Shown here: positions 49,849 to 58,983 of the stretch, piece by piece
Numbering within the stretch: position 1 is the stretch's first letter
Layout of the letters: every line of letters begins with the position of its first letter
Virus record (IMG/VR): IMGVR_UViG_3300003690_000008
Location: 1 to 60,565 of that record
Strand: one strand, 5' to 3'
From: a virus
Lineage: Duplodnaviria; Caudoviricetes
DNA length: 60,565 nucleotides
Translations under genes and position numbers: made by a program
The notes under the pieces: model-generated
What the model saw: the letters and a program-made list of their open reading frames with translations, nothing else
Told to the model about the DNA's origin: nothing
Databases searched by the model: none

Positions 49849-50912
49849 ATTCCGAAAAGTTTTTAGCCACCAGTGATTCGATTGTCGTCAAGGACAATCC
49901 ACACATGGCAGCCATGAAGCAAGGCCAGCAATCTGCCCAGCAGGGTGAGCCTTTGGAAATGAATCCATATAAAGAACACAAGGACGCCAGGGCCGTAATG
50001 TGGCTCGTTGGGTGGAAACGCGGTTCCATGCAAACAATGTCTGTCGAGGATTGGAATTTCACCCGAGGCCCTCGCGGAGGAAACATCTGGAGTAATGTTC
50101 GTACTGGTGAAGTGCGTCGTCAAAAAGAGAACCCCGGAGGAAAAAGACGGAACAGTAAACAGAAAGAACGCGACAAGCGACGAAAAAAGAAGCAGAAAAT
50201 GCCAGCGCCTAGCAAGCTATATAAAGTGAAAACATTTGGAGACGTTGATTCTGATGTGCTTCAGACTTATCTAGATGGACTAGACGCCATACCGCCAGAG
50301 ATACGCCATCGAATCGAAGGGAAATTCAAGACAAAGGTTTGGGTTGGCTCTGGTGGCGTTCTCAACATGAAACCACAATGGAGGGGTGAGGTTCCGCGAG
50401 GGCAAAAGGGGAGACGGTCATACGATGCGGTAAGCGCTATCTACGACCCAAATCTAGGTGCAAATGAGATTGTACTATCGTCCAAGATTTTTTATGGTGG
50501 CCAGTGGCGTCCTCAGTCCACTAAGCAGATGCTACATGGTGTTCATCACGAATACGGCCACGCGATAGATTACAGTCGTGGTCGTCTGACGGAACTGTGG
50601 AGCGAAACAGAGGAATTTAGAGACGCCTGGGAAAAAGATGTGGCTGATCTTTTAGAGGATACCGGGAGTGTCGTTGGTAGCGGCGGCACTGGCGAGGAGC
50701 ATAGCCTAACGGGCGATGCGGCTGATCTATCGTATTACATTCAGATACAGCACGGCCAACCGTCAGCAGCGATAGGCGCGAGTGAGGCGTTTGCTGAATC
50801 TGTGGCATTTATACTAGGAGAGCCAAGCAATAGGGAGTTTCCTGGTAGATTCAAGAGGTCGGTTGGTTTTGCCGTGGAAGTCCTGGATAAAATAATGAAA
50901 GGCGAGGCATGA
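49845..50912 (+). CDS. RMF-like leader + tag + zincin metallopeptidase
   Basis: HHEYGHAID and SEAFAE. Confidence 0.85.
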   Translation: MNSEKFLATSDSIVVKDNPHMAAMKQGQQSAQQGEPLEMNPYKEHKDARAVMWLVGWKRGSMQTMSVEDWNFTRGPRGGNIWSNVRTGEVRRQKENPGGKRRNSKQKERDKRRKKKQKMPAPSKLYKVKTFGDVDSDVLQTYLDGLDAIPPEIRHRIEGKFKTKVWVGSGGVLNMKPQWRGEVPRGQKGRRSYDAVSAIYDPNLGANEIVLSSKIFYGGQWRPQSTKQMLHGVHHEYGHAIDYSRGRLTELWSETEEFRDAWEKDVADLLEDTGSVVGSGGTGEEHSLTGDAADLSYYIQIQHGQPSAAIGASEAFAESVAFILGEPSNREFPGRFKRSVGFAVEVLDKIMKGEA

Positions 50913-51115
50913 TACACATTACGCTACAAGACGACAGCATGCTTGTTTCTTCCCGCCACGATTTACCAGGCGGCGCGATAGGAGATTCGTTTTTGACCGT
51001 CACTCCCGGACAGCACATTGGCGATTTGTCCTACGAACAATTGAGAGAACTTGGTAGCGGGCAGCATGACATAGACTTTATAGGGAGCGACTCTAAAGAA
51101 AAGCCGGGAGAATAA
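50909..51115 (+). CDS. 68-aa hypothetical protein (possible peptidase partner)
   Basis: ATGA-coupled ORF. Confidence 0.55.
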   Translation: MIHITLQDDSMLVSSRHDLPGGAIGDSFLTVTPGQHIGDLSYEQLRELGSGQHDIDFIGSDSKEKPGE

Positions 51116-51116
51116 A

Positions 51117-52043
51117 ATGCCTGACACAATTGAAATCAACATAGACCACGACCTAGCACACGCCGACTGGCCAAAGCGCACGCCAGATACCATGGAGGAC
51201 CTTGAAAGAGGTATCGAGGAGGAGAAGGAGGAAGCCAGAAAAAAGAAAACAGAAAAACCAACCAACGGTTCTACGACAACAATGTCCGTCGAGGATTGGA
51301 GTTTCACCATAGGCCCGCGAGGCGGGAGCATTTGGACTAATGTTCGCACTGGAGAAGTTCGCCGCCAAAAAGAAAACCCAGGAGGAAAAAGAAGGAAGAA
51401 AAAAGATGATAAGGAAGGCACGAAGGTTGCCTCAAACAAGAAGTTTATATCAGCGAGACTTGTCAATTTATTTGCAAGCACCCAGAGCAACAAAAACGCG
51501 AAACGCGCATCCGATGATACTATTAACAAAATGTCACCACGGATGATTAAGGGAGTAGCCGAGAACATCGGAGGTGTTTTTGTGTTCGATACGATGAATG
51601 AAGTGCATAAACAGTGGAAAATCCTGTCCGGCAAAACCACCTTGCCGGACGGTGGAATAGCCGCGTTTGTGTCGTCTAGCGAAGGCGAGAGGATGAGCAT
51701 GTATGTAAACGGTGGAGATGATGGGATATGGGCGCACGAATACACACACATGATAGATTACGGAAGCTCGTTTAGTGGAACCGAAGAGTGGAAAAAGATA
51801 TGGCAGGAATGGAGGCGAAACACGAAGTTAGCTGATGAGTATGACGATAGACTAGAGGATGATCCAGATGCAGACTTTGATTTCGATCCGTTTTCTGACT
51901 TAGGTCCATCGAGGTACGCAACAACAAATCCTGCCGAAGCATTCGCAGAATTCGGCAGGATTGTGATTGCGAGCCCAGAGACAGCCAAGGCTCAGCACCC
52001 AACTGCCTGGAAATTCTGGAAACAAGCCGGGTTGATACAATGA
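51117..52043 (+). CDS. leader + tag + zincin metallopeptidase
   Basis: AHEYTHMID; SRYATTNPAEAFAE. Confidence 0.85.
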   Translation: MPDTIEINIDHDLAHADWPKRTPDTMEDLERGIEEEKEEARKKKTEKPTNGSTTTMSVEDWSFTIGPRGGSIWTNVRTGEVRRQKENPGGKRRKKKDDKEGTKVASNKKFISARLVNLFASTQSNKNAKRASDDTINKMSPRMIKGVAENIGGVFVFDTMNEVHKQWKILSGKTTLPDGGIAAFVSSSEGERMSMYVNGGDDGIWAHEYTHMIDYGSSFSGTEEWKKIWQEWRRNTKLADEYDDRLEDDPDADFDFDPFSDLGPSRYATTNPAEAFAEFGRIVIASPETAKAQHPTAWKFWKQAGLIQ

Positions 52044-52777
52044 TCGCACAAACACTATCAGCCGAAGACTGGAATTACACGCGAGGTCCGCGCGGTGGCA
52101 ACATCTGGACGAATGTGAAAACTGGAGAGATACGGAGGCAAAAGGAAAACCCAGGCGGGAAAGAGAAGGGAAGAGTAAAAGAAGATAGCAGCGGCCAAGC
52201 CAAAGCGAGAGCGTTTAAGAAATACGACGATCCCAGATACGTGGCGGCCAGAGAAGAGTGGTTCGGCAGTCTAAGCGACGATGAAATGAATGCTTTTCGT
52301 GCATGGAGCGGGAGCGTGGACATGGCTACTGAGATCAGGAATTATCAAGCCGGTCTACCTGGCAGACATTCGCAGCATGTTAAAAGCGTCACCGAGACCA
52401 TAGCCAAAGCCCTCGATAGGGCACCTAAGTTAGCCACGCCCGTTTACAGGGGACTCAACTTCCGCAGCAGCGAAGATCGCAAGGAATTCATAGCCTTGAT
52501 GTTAAAGAACAAGGGAATGGCTACACGTGGATTTACGTCGACTTCCAGGTCACGGGAGATTGCTAGTAAATTCTCGGATGACTATTACGGTGTTGTGTTA
52601 ATAATCCGCTCCAAGTCTGGCGTAAGCATATCTTTTGAAGACATCGCAATCCTAAATGAAGATGAAGTTCTACTGAGAGAGAAAACGAAATTGAGGTATG
52701 ATTTCAAAACGAAAATCATGGGAGAGCCGAAGTTCGGAAAAAGCGGAACGATATACATCGGGATGACCGAAGTCTAG
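52040..52777 (+). CDS. tag + R-S-E ADP-ribosyltransferase
   Basis: VYRGL, GFTSTS, NEDEVLL. Confidence 0.9.
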   Translation: MIAQTLSAEDWNYTRGPRGGNIWTNVKTGEIRRQKENPGGKEKGRVKEDSSGQAKARAFKKYDDPRYVAAREEWFGSLSDDEMNAFRAWSGSVDMATEIRNYQAGLPGRHSQHVKSVTETIAKALDRAPKLATPVYRGLNFRSSEDRKEFIALMLKNKGMATRGFTSTSRSREIASKFSDDYYGVVLIIRSKSGVSISFEDIAILNEDEVLLREKTKLRYDFKTKIMGEPKFGKSGTIYIGMTEV

Positions 52778-52809
52778 GCCGCGAAACAACAAACCAAGCG
52801 AGATGCAAG

Positions 52810-53208
52810 ATGACAAGCCAACCAAACAGAATGATTGACACAGGCATCGACGAGGCCATGGTAACCTTTGACATGAGTAAAGAAGTAAGCGACTCACGGC
52901 ACTCGCTGCCAGAGATATTCGACCATCCAATCAATGTTGAGTTGGAAGATGGAACGGTGATCCATGCCGATGGACGCAAGAGCCATGATCAAGTCGACGA
53001 AGAAAGCCTGACAGACGACGACCGTAAACTAGGAAAGGAAGCTAGGCAGCAGGCTCTCGACGGCCACAACCCAGCGTCATGGGTAGCCGACGAGGACAAA
53101 TGGGAGAAGGCAAAAGACATTGTGAAAAGCGGCAAAAAAAAGTACAATGAGCCTTATGCCGTGATTACTCACATTTACCTGGAAAAACTTGGAGGCAAGA
53201 TCAAATGA
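52810..53208 (+). CDS. hypothetical protein
   Basis: Acidic N-half; C-terminal NPASWVADEDKWEKAK...YAVITHIY...GG. Confidence 0.6.
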   Translation: MTSQPNRMIDTGIDEAMVTFDMSKEVSDSRHSLPEIFDHPINVELEDGTVIHADGRKSHDQVDEESLTDDDRKLGKEARQQALDGHNPASWVADEDKWEKAKDIVKSGKKKYNEPYAVITHIYLEKLGGKIK

Positions 53209-53963
53209 CCGTCCAAACACTCGCCGCCACAAGAATCGAAGCGTGCCCGACTGTTTTTGCCAGGGCCGGAGGAATGCGGCTATCGACCGACTACGGTGAA
53301 GTCACTTACCCGGAAGCAAGGTCGCTTATCGAAAACGGGTGCGAGATGCTTTCCGTGGAAAACGAAGATGGCATCACGGTTGGTGCCATGATTCTGGATG
53401 ACAAGTGTTCTGGCGATTGGTCGTTCGTGAGGATGGACGCTTCCAGTTGGACGCAATCGAAAGGCCCCCGTGGAGGGTCCATCTGGACGAATAGCAAAAC
53501 CGGGGCCACCAGGCACTCGAAAGAGAATCCGGGCGGGAAAGGCAAAACGCCAAAGGCGGAAAAAGGCAGTTCTGCTGACAAAAAAGGCAGCGGCGTGAAT
53601 CACGCGATCTCCAAGATCGCAAAAGACATCCTTCTGATCCCGACCCTCAAAGAGAGAAAGAGCGATAGCCTGGATTTCCATGAGGTCGCGGTTTGGACAG
53701 TCAGGGATGCGATGCAGAAGGCATTCAATGCTGGCCAAGGGAAGAATTCCAAACCGACGAAGAACACTGTTTCTATGTTCGAGAATATGGTTAAGAAGTA
53801 CATGGACATCGATACACTGAAAACACAAAAAGCTGGCCATCTCGATTTCCATGAGGTTGGCGTGGAGTCTGTTAGGATTGCGCTAGAAAAGGCATACAAT
53901 GCTGGCAAAGCGCGCCGGGAGCACCCAGAGCTACACCGGCGGAGTAAAACGAGACCCCAATAG
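53205..53963 (+). CDS. divergent tag + two DUF6900-like domains
   Basis: IPTLKERKSDSLDFHEVAVW...AFNAG and IDTLKTQKAGHLDFHEVGVE...AYNAG. Confidence 0.7.
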   Translation: MTVQTLAATRIEACPTVFARAGGMRLSTDYGEVTYPEARSLIENGCEMLSVENEDGITVGAMILDDKCSGDWSFVRMDASSWTQSKGPRGGSIWTNSKTGATRHSKENPGGKGKTPKAEKGSSADKKGSGVNHAISKIAKDILLIPTLKERKSDSLDFHEVAVWTVRDAMQKAFNAGQGKNSKPTKNTVSMFENMVKKYMDIDTLKTQKAGHLDFHEVGVESVRIALEKAYNAGKARREHPELHRRSKTRPQ

Positions 53964-53979
53964 CGTATTCGGTTAAGAA

Positions 53980-54996
53980 ATGCCAGACGCGGCCAAACGA
54001 TCCACCGACCTGATTATTGGTCGCGGCCTGATAACGGCTGAAGCGATCGCGCAAAAGCTACGCATCAGACTGGCCCACCGGCTGGCCCGAAATTTCAGCC
54101 GGATGTCGTTCCACCAGTTACTCGGTATGGCCCGGCAGGTTCTAGGCGAGTTCGAGCCACTTCTGGCTACCGCAATGGCCGATACGGAAATCGCGGCCTG
54201 GGTTCGCGGCCTAGGGGTCATCACCAACCGCACCCCCCAGCGGATTCTGGCCCTATTCACTTCCGGGTTTCCCCCCCTAGTCCCTCCAGGGCTCGTTCTG
54301 CCGCCTGACCTCACGATAGGGGACGCAGGGCCTATTGTGGTGTTTCCACGCCTCCAGGAGGCCACACAGGCCCTCGTGGACCGGAATATCGTCACTAGGC
54401 CCCAGTTCGACTCAATGACCCGAGAAGCTCAGGGCCGGGCCTTCACTGTGGCTGGCCAAACCAACGCCGAGGTGATCGGCAGAATCCGAGATGTGCTGGC
54501 CGAGGAAATCACCGAGGGGACCAGTTTCGGTAAGTTCAAAAAACGAATGCGAGAGGAGCTAGATGTAAGCTGGGTAGGACCCGGCCATTTGTCGAATGTT
54601 TACCGCACCAACACACAAGCGGCGTTTGCCGATGGCCAAGAGGTTCTTTTCAACAATCCAATAATCCGAGAGGCATTTCCATACGCTAGATATACTGCGA
54701 TTGACGACGGCAGGGTAAGAGATAATCATTTAGCGCTCGAAACACTTGGGCTGTCTGGCACAAATATATACAGGATGGATGATCCTGTGTGGGATATTTT
54801 CACGCCGCCGTGGGACTACATGTGCAGGTGCTCCAAGACAGCCATGACGATATTACAGGCTGCCAAAGCTGGCGTCCGAGAAGCCAAGCGATGGAACCGA
54901 ACAGGCCAACCACCAGACGATCCAGAGTTCAGAATTGACGACATCCCATTCAGACCGACAAACAACTTTGTTGGTCCACGTCGACGAGTTGCGTAG
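53980..54996 (+). CDS. MuF (Mu gpF/SPP1 gp7-like) minor head protein
   Basis: RAFTVAG, VYRTNTQAA, YTAIDDGRVR..H, PPWDYMCRC. Confidence 0.9.
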   Translation: MPDAAKRSTDLIIGRGLITAEAIAQKLRIRLAHRLARNFSRMSFHQLLGMARQVLGEFEPLLATAMADTEIAAWVRGLGVITNRTPQRILALFTSGFPPLVPPGLVLPPDLTIGDAGPIVVFPRLQEATQALVDRNIVTRPQFDSMTREAQGRAFTVAGQTNAEVIGRIRDVLAEEITEGTSFGKFKKRMREELDVSWVGPGHLSNVYRTNTQAAFADGQEVLFNNPIIREAFPYARYTAIDDGRVRDNHLALETLGLSGTNIYRMDDPVWDIFTPPWDYMCRCSKTAMTILQAAKAGVREAKRWNRTGQPPDDPEFRIDDIPFRPTNNFVGPRRRVA

Positions 54997-55006
54997 GTGA
55001 TTTCTT

Positions 55007-57547
55007 ATGGCATCAGTCCAAACTTGCATCGTTACCGTTGGCGGACAGCAGTGCCTTGATCCAGCAGAGCAGAGGAAAAACGCACTGGAACTTGGCACGC
55101 CGATGGACTTCTGGCAGGTTGCAAGTTCTTACAACTGCCCGAGAGGATTCGAGCCGGGGGTGGCCTATGTTCTGATGCTAAAGGTTCAACTTGACAAGCT
55201 CGGGGAAAACTCAACGCATAGTGTCAAATTCATATGCGACAATAAGTCGCTGACCGTAAAGAACATGCGAATCCACAAAGGTTCGTGCATGGGACTGCGG
55301 GCCAGCCTGGCTGATAACAATGTGCCGTATCTGGTTGAGCTACGTGACGTTAGAGAGGTACTAAAGTTATCGACGATTGCATCGGCTTACAATGTCAGAC
55401 TCGGGGCTCCCTCAACGACCTCTGGCAATAGCCTCTACTACCCTGAGTCTCTCAACAGTGGCTCTGCATGGACCTGGCAGACCATGTTTACAAATATATG
55501 GGCCAGTCTTCCGTCAGTCGCCGGCACAGCGCCGACGCTCCCTGGAACTCCAACGCACGCCCCGGAGAACTATCAATTCATAGGCGTTAGCGCCTGGAAG
55601 TCAATTAAGAGGATTCTCGACTACCTCGGCTACGAAATAATTTACAGCCCAGTCCCAGGTACGTTCACGGTTGTTGAGTATGGTGATACGCAATCGGGAT
55701 TATCGGTTAGTCTAAATGCAATCCTGGACAAGAAGATATTCGACTACCACCCAACGCTCGGCCTGCATAGCTCGGCCCCAGAAAAGATACAAGTGTTCTT
55801 TCCGCGTCAGGAATTGTACCAGGGCATAGAAAAGGACACACAGAGAACCGGCAACTGGTTGATGACGCCGTATTACAGCAAGACGGTGAACGCCATATCA
55901 ACCGGAGTCGCTGGCACGATAATGCCAATCTGGGATTCCACGCCGGCACTTTTTAACTCCTCTGGAACGGTTACAAATTCAACGAACCTAGATTCACGCG
56001 CGGCGGAGATAGTTGCAAACATCGCCAAACGAATGACGGATGATTCACATGACAGGACAAGAGTTTTGTACGGCGGACTGCATACCGCGATCATTCCAGG
56101 TGAGCAGATATCCAACGTAACATGGCGGGACTACCGCGACGGAAACGGAATGATAACAGAGTACACACGGAGGCCAGTATTAAGAGGCGGGGCGTTTTCT
56201 GATGAGCAGACTTTATCCGGCGACACAATGCTGCCGATAGACGTTTCGCGTCCCGGCAAGCCGAACTACCCAAGGCTCGCGCAGATGGTTCAGGCCGATG
56301 ACGGGGCAGCCACGACTGGCGCTACACTGACACCGAACGGAGACAAGCTCACGCCAGGTTTCGTGATGCGGTACGTCGAGGGAACGTGGTCACAGCAAGA
56401 GGCATGTTGGATCAGGGCTGCGGACCTCGTAACCGGATCAAGTCCAAGTGAGACCAACGTAACCAGTATGCGACAGAAGGACAGGTTCCCTGCCAGGCTC
56501 AGCGGAATACAGACTTCCTCTTCGGATACGCGGCCTCTTTATATAGTCCGCCTGGGAGGTAATGCAAATGACATGTTCAAGGTGTCAGCAGATACAGGAT
56601 CAACACAGAATATTAACTCTGGAGACACGCTCGACTTCGACGCCACCGATGTAAGTTTCACAGGAGAGGCCAACAGCACCAAAGGGGATCGTGGAATTGT
56701 CCAGCAGATCGAAGTGGACGGCGGCGATTCAACGATCAAGCATCTACGCACCGCGATAGATAAATCGGTATTGCAGCAGATTAAGCTCCAAGGTGCTTTT
56801 ACGTCTGGCACCACGCCGGTGCTTGCCAAGAGTGGGACACGGAACGATATCACCTTCGATAGCAGCGGCGAGAACCCTGCTGTATCTATCGTCGGCGGAA
56901 CCGGGCTGATTACATGGGACGTTATTCTTGGCACGCTTGCCAAAGTAAAAGATGACCAATCAAGTCCAACCACAGTCGACTTGACCGGCCCAACTGGGTC
57001 TGCTGATATTGAAACAATCCAGTTCGTCGGAACAAACGGTGCGAAGTTCACCGTCTCTAAAGCAAGTGAAGTAATTACGGTTAGCATGGACCCGCTTCCA
57101 ATCGGGGCCGTCATAATGTGGTACGGCGCGATTGAGACGACCGTTGGCGACAACAAAGGCAAGCCAATAATCAGCACCGGACCATCAGTATATATGGACG
57201 ATTGGCGACAGATGGACGGTGTAGAAAACGCCAGTCCGAATCCCGGCAGCGGGATGAACATGAAGAATTTTGCAGTCTGCGGTTTCGATGGCACCGGCAC
57301 GCCAGACGGAGCAGATAAAGCGGTACCTGCCGTTGTCACTGCCCACCCGCCTCACTACCACGGAATGTCAACCTTAACCTCGACTGAAGGCCACGGCGAA
57401 GGAGGTGACGTAACCTTGGCAATAGATGGTTGCACAACCAGGGAAAAGAACTCCGGTTGCGTCTCGGAGGTTACCTTAGCTCATGATTTTACCACCGAGG
57501 GAATTCCCCCGACGAAAGGGCTGCATTTTATTGAAAAAGTCTCCTAA
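55007..57547 (+). CDS. large tail protein with C-terminal collar-like domain
   Basis: 846 aa T/S/G-rich; LPIGAVIMWYG...WRQMDG...HYH. Confidence 0.6.
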   Translation: MASVQTCIVTVGGQQCLDPAEQRKNALELGTPMDFWQVASSYNCPRGFEPGVAYVLMLKVQLDKLGENSTHSVKFICDNKSLTVKNMRIHKGSCMGLRASLADNNVPYLVELRDVREVLKLSTIASAYNVRLGAPSTTSGNSLYYPESLNSGSAWTWQTMFTNIWASLPSVAGTAPTLPGTPTHAPENYQFIGVSAWKSIKRILDYLGYEIIYSPVPGTFTVVEYGDTQSGLSVSLNAILDKKIFDYHPTLGLHSSAPEKIQVFFPRQELYQGIEKDTQRTGNWLMTPYYSKTVNAISTGVAGTIMPIWDSTPALFNSSGTVTNSTNLDSRAAEIVANIAKRMTDDSHDRTRVLYGGLHTAIIPGEQISNVTWRDYRDGNGMITEYTRRPVLRGGAFSDEQTLSGDTMLPIDVSRPGKPNYPRLAQMVQADDGAATTGATLTPNGDKLTPGFVMRYVEGTWSQQEACWIRAADLVTGSSPSETNVTSMRQKDRFPARLSGIQTSSSDTRPLYIVRLGGNANDMFKVSADTGSTQNINSGDTLDFDATDVSFTGEANSTKGDRGIVQQIEVDGGDSTIKHLRTAIDKSVLQQIKLQGAFTSGTTPVLAKSGTRNDITFDSSGENPAVSIVGGTGLITWDVILGTLAKVKDDQSSPTTVDLTGPTGSADIETIQFVGTNGAKFTVSKASEVITVSMDPLPIGAVIMWYGAIETTVGDNKGKPIISTGPSVYMDDWRQMDGVENASPNPGSGMNMKNFAVCGFDGTGTPDGADKAVPAVVTAHPPHYHGMSTLTSTEGHGEGGDVTLAIDGCTTREKNSGCVSEVTLAHDFTTEGIPPTKGLHFIEKVS

Positions 57548-58289
57548 TCTAACGCCTCCTATCAGCGATCTTTTCGGATCATATACCAACCGGCAGGCTG
57601 CTATCATCTTGCCGGGTCCGTCTCTGCTGGACTTCATGCCTCTGCTTCGGAAGAAACTAGCAGAAGGATCGGATGTCCTGGTTTGCAACAATTGGTTTCG
57701 ATTAAAGGAAACAGGACTTCACCTGAAGCCAGACTGGCTATTCCTATTAGACATGTTGTGGTGCATGGAATTGTTGTACACTGAGGCCGAGAAGCTAAGG
57801 CAACACGGCACCAGAATTACAATCTCTTATCAGATTGACCAGAAACCCTTTGCGCCAGACACCGTTTATTCACAGATGTACGGAGAATGGAAGGATTACC
57901 CAGACACAAAAAACCGCCCACGGAACGCCAAGTACTGCTGGCCAATGCGGACCTTTTACCCGTCCGGCAATCGAATGATGGAAACGGCATTGATGCTAGG
58001 ATACAACCGCATCGACGTATTCGGGTGGACGTTCAGCCCAAGGGATAGGTACGGAGAAAAACCTGAAGGAGAAAAGCCAGAAGGAGGGAAGATCATAAAG
58101 ACAAGGGCCTACAAAGCCGAGCCAATAGTGTTGTCGGAGACTTTTATCAATTCTGTAAATAGAGGCGAAAAGTACATGCGTAACTTTTTCAATGAGCTAG
58201 ACGCATCCGAGAAGGCCAAGTTTTTCATCCACGAATACAATGACCACCCGTTGTACACCTGCGTCCCGGAGTGCTTTCATGGAAGCTAG
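57483..58289 (+). CDS. putative sugar transferase (DUF115/MptE-like fold); start uncertain
   Basis: AIILPGPSL, VLVCNN, PDWLFLLD, ALMLGYNRIDVFG. Confidence 0.5.
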   Translation: MILPPREFPRRKGCILLKKSPNLTPPISDLFGSYTNRQAAIILPGPSLLDFMPLLRKKLAEGSDVLVCNNWFRLKETGLHLKPDWLFLLDMLWCMELLYTEAEKLRQHGTRITISYQIDQKPFAPDTVYSQMYGEWKDYPDTKNRPRNAKYCWPMRTFYPSGNRMMETALMLGYNRIDVFGWTFSPRDRYGEKPEGEKPEGGKIIKTRAYKAEPIVLSETFINSVNRGEKYMRNFFNELDASEKAKFFIHEYNDHPLYTCVPECFHGS

Positions 58290-58983
58290 AACACTGGTGG
58301 TCGGCATCATGCGGACAAACAGCACTAGGGTTGAACGGAAAGTATTTCAAAGGGTAGGCGGCATATCGCTTGCGGCCAGGTTCATGCGGAAGCTACGATC
58401 AATCGAGCGGCCTGACGTTGGCATAGGCATCCTAACCAGAGACCAAGACATCATTGATTGCGCAAACGGCAGCGGAGTTAGGGCCTACCATCGCTCAGAA
58501 GGATCAATATCGACTCCGATAGCAGACAACCTATGGAGTCAGTCTTATGAAGAAATCCAACGGAACTACGATAGGGTCATAAGAGTCAATCCCTGTATGC
58601 CATTCCTGGAGGTGAAGACGATAGAAGATGCTATCAGATATTCACGAAGCCTCCCGTTCTGGACTTCGGTATTTCAACGCAACGGCTGGCTGTGGAACGA
58701 AAAACGGGAGCTAACAAACGGCGACGACGAGCCTAGCTCAAGCAGCAGCGGTCCACTATACTACACCATGGGCTCTGCATTCTGGGCCTTCTCGGCTGAG
58801 TCACTTTCCTGGGACAACATACAGAGATGGCAGCAGTGCAGCGAGAGAATCATGCCCTATGAATGGTCGCCAGAATTCTTGGACGTAGATACGCCGTCTG
58901 ACCTGGAGTTATGCAGAGCATGGCACAATCACGCCTTTCACCAAGCGGGGAGAATTAAAAATGAGAAAGACAAAAAAGAGTGA
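58279..58983 (+). CDS. acylneuraminate cytidylyltransferase-like protein
   Basis: R.NSTRV..K....GG.SL, NPCMPFL...TI, LDVDTPSDL. Confidence 0.65.
   Translation: MEARTLVVGIMRTNSTRVERKVFQRVGGISLAARFMRKLRSIERPDVGIGILTRDQDIIDCANGSGVRAYHRSEGSISTPIADNLWSQSYEEIQRNYDRVIRVNPCMPFLEVKTIEDAIRYSRSLPFWTSVFQRNGWLWNEKRELTNGDDEPSSSSSGPLYYTMGSAFWAFSAESLSWDNIQRWQQCSERIMPYEWSPEFLDVDTPSDLELCRAWHNHAFHQAGRIKNEKDKKE

Larger units (their letters stand above)
42620..53537 (+). repeat. dispersed 35-codon GPRGG tag, 10 copies plus 1 degenerate
   Basis: Copies start at 42620, 43789, 45154, 46261, 47449, 48907, 50037, 51282, 52055 and 53433; degenerate copy at ~45082. Confidence 0.97.

Noticed and set aside
42620-53537. 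GPRGG repeats as a CRISPR array or integron attC sites
   Set aside because: All copies are in frame inside ORFs, vary synonymously, lie 0.8-1.5 kb apart and are not palindromic; no cas or intI gene is present
12455-57547. Diversity-generating retroelement or invertible tail-fibre system
   Set aside because: No reverse transcriptase, invertase or near-identical TR/VR pair was found
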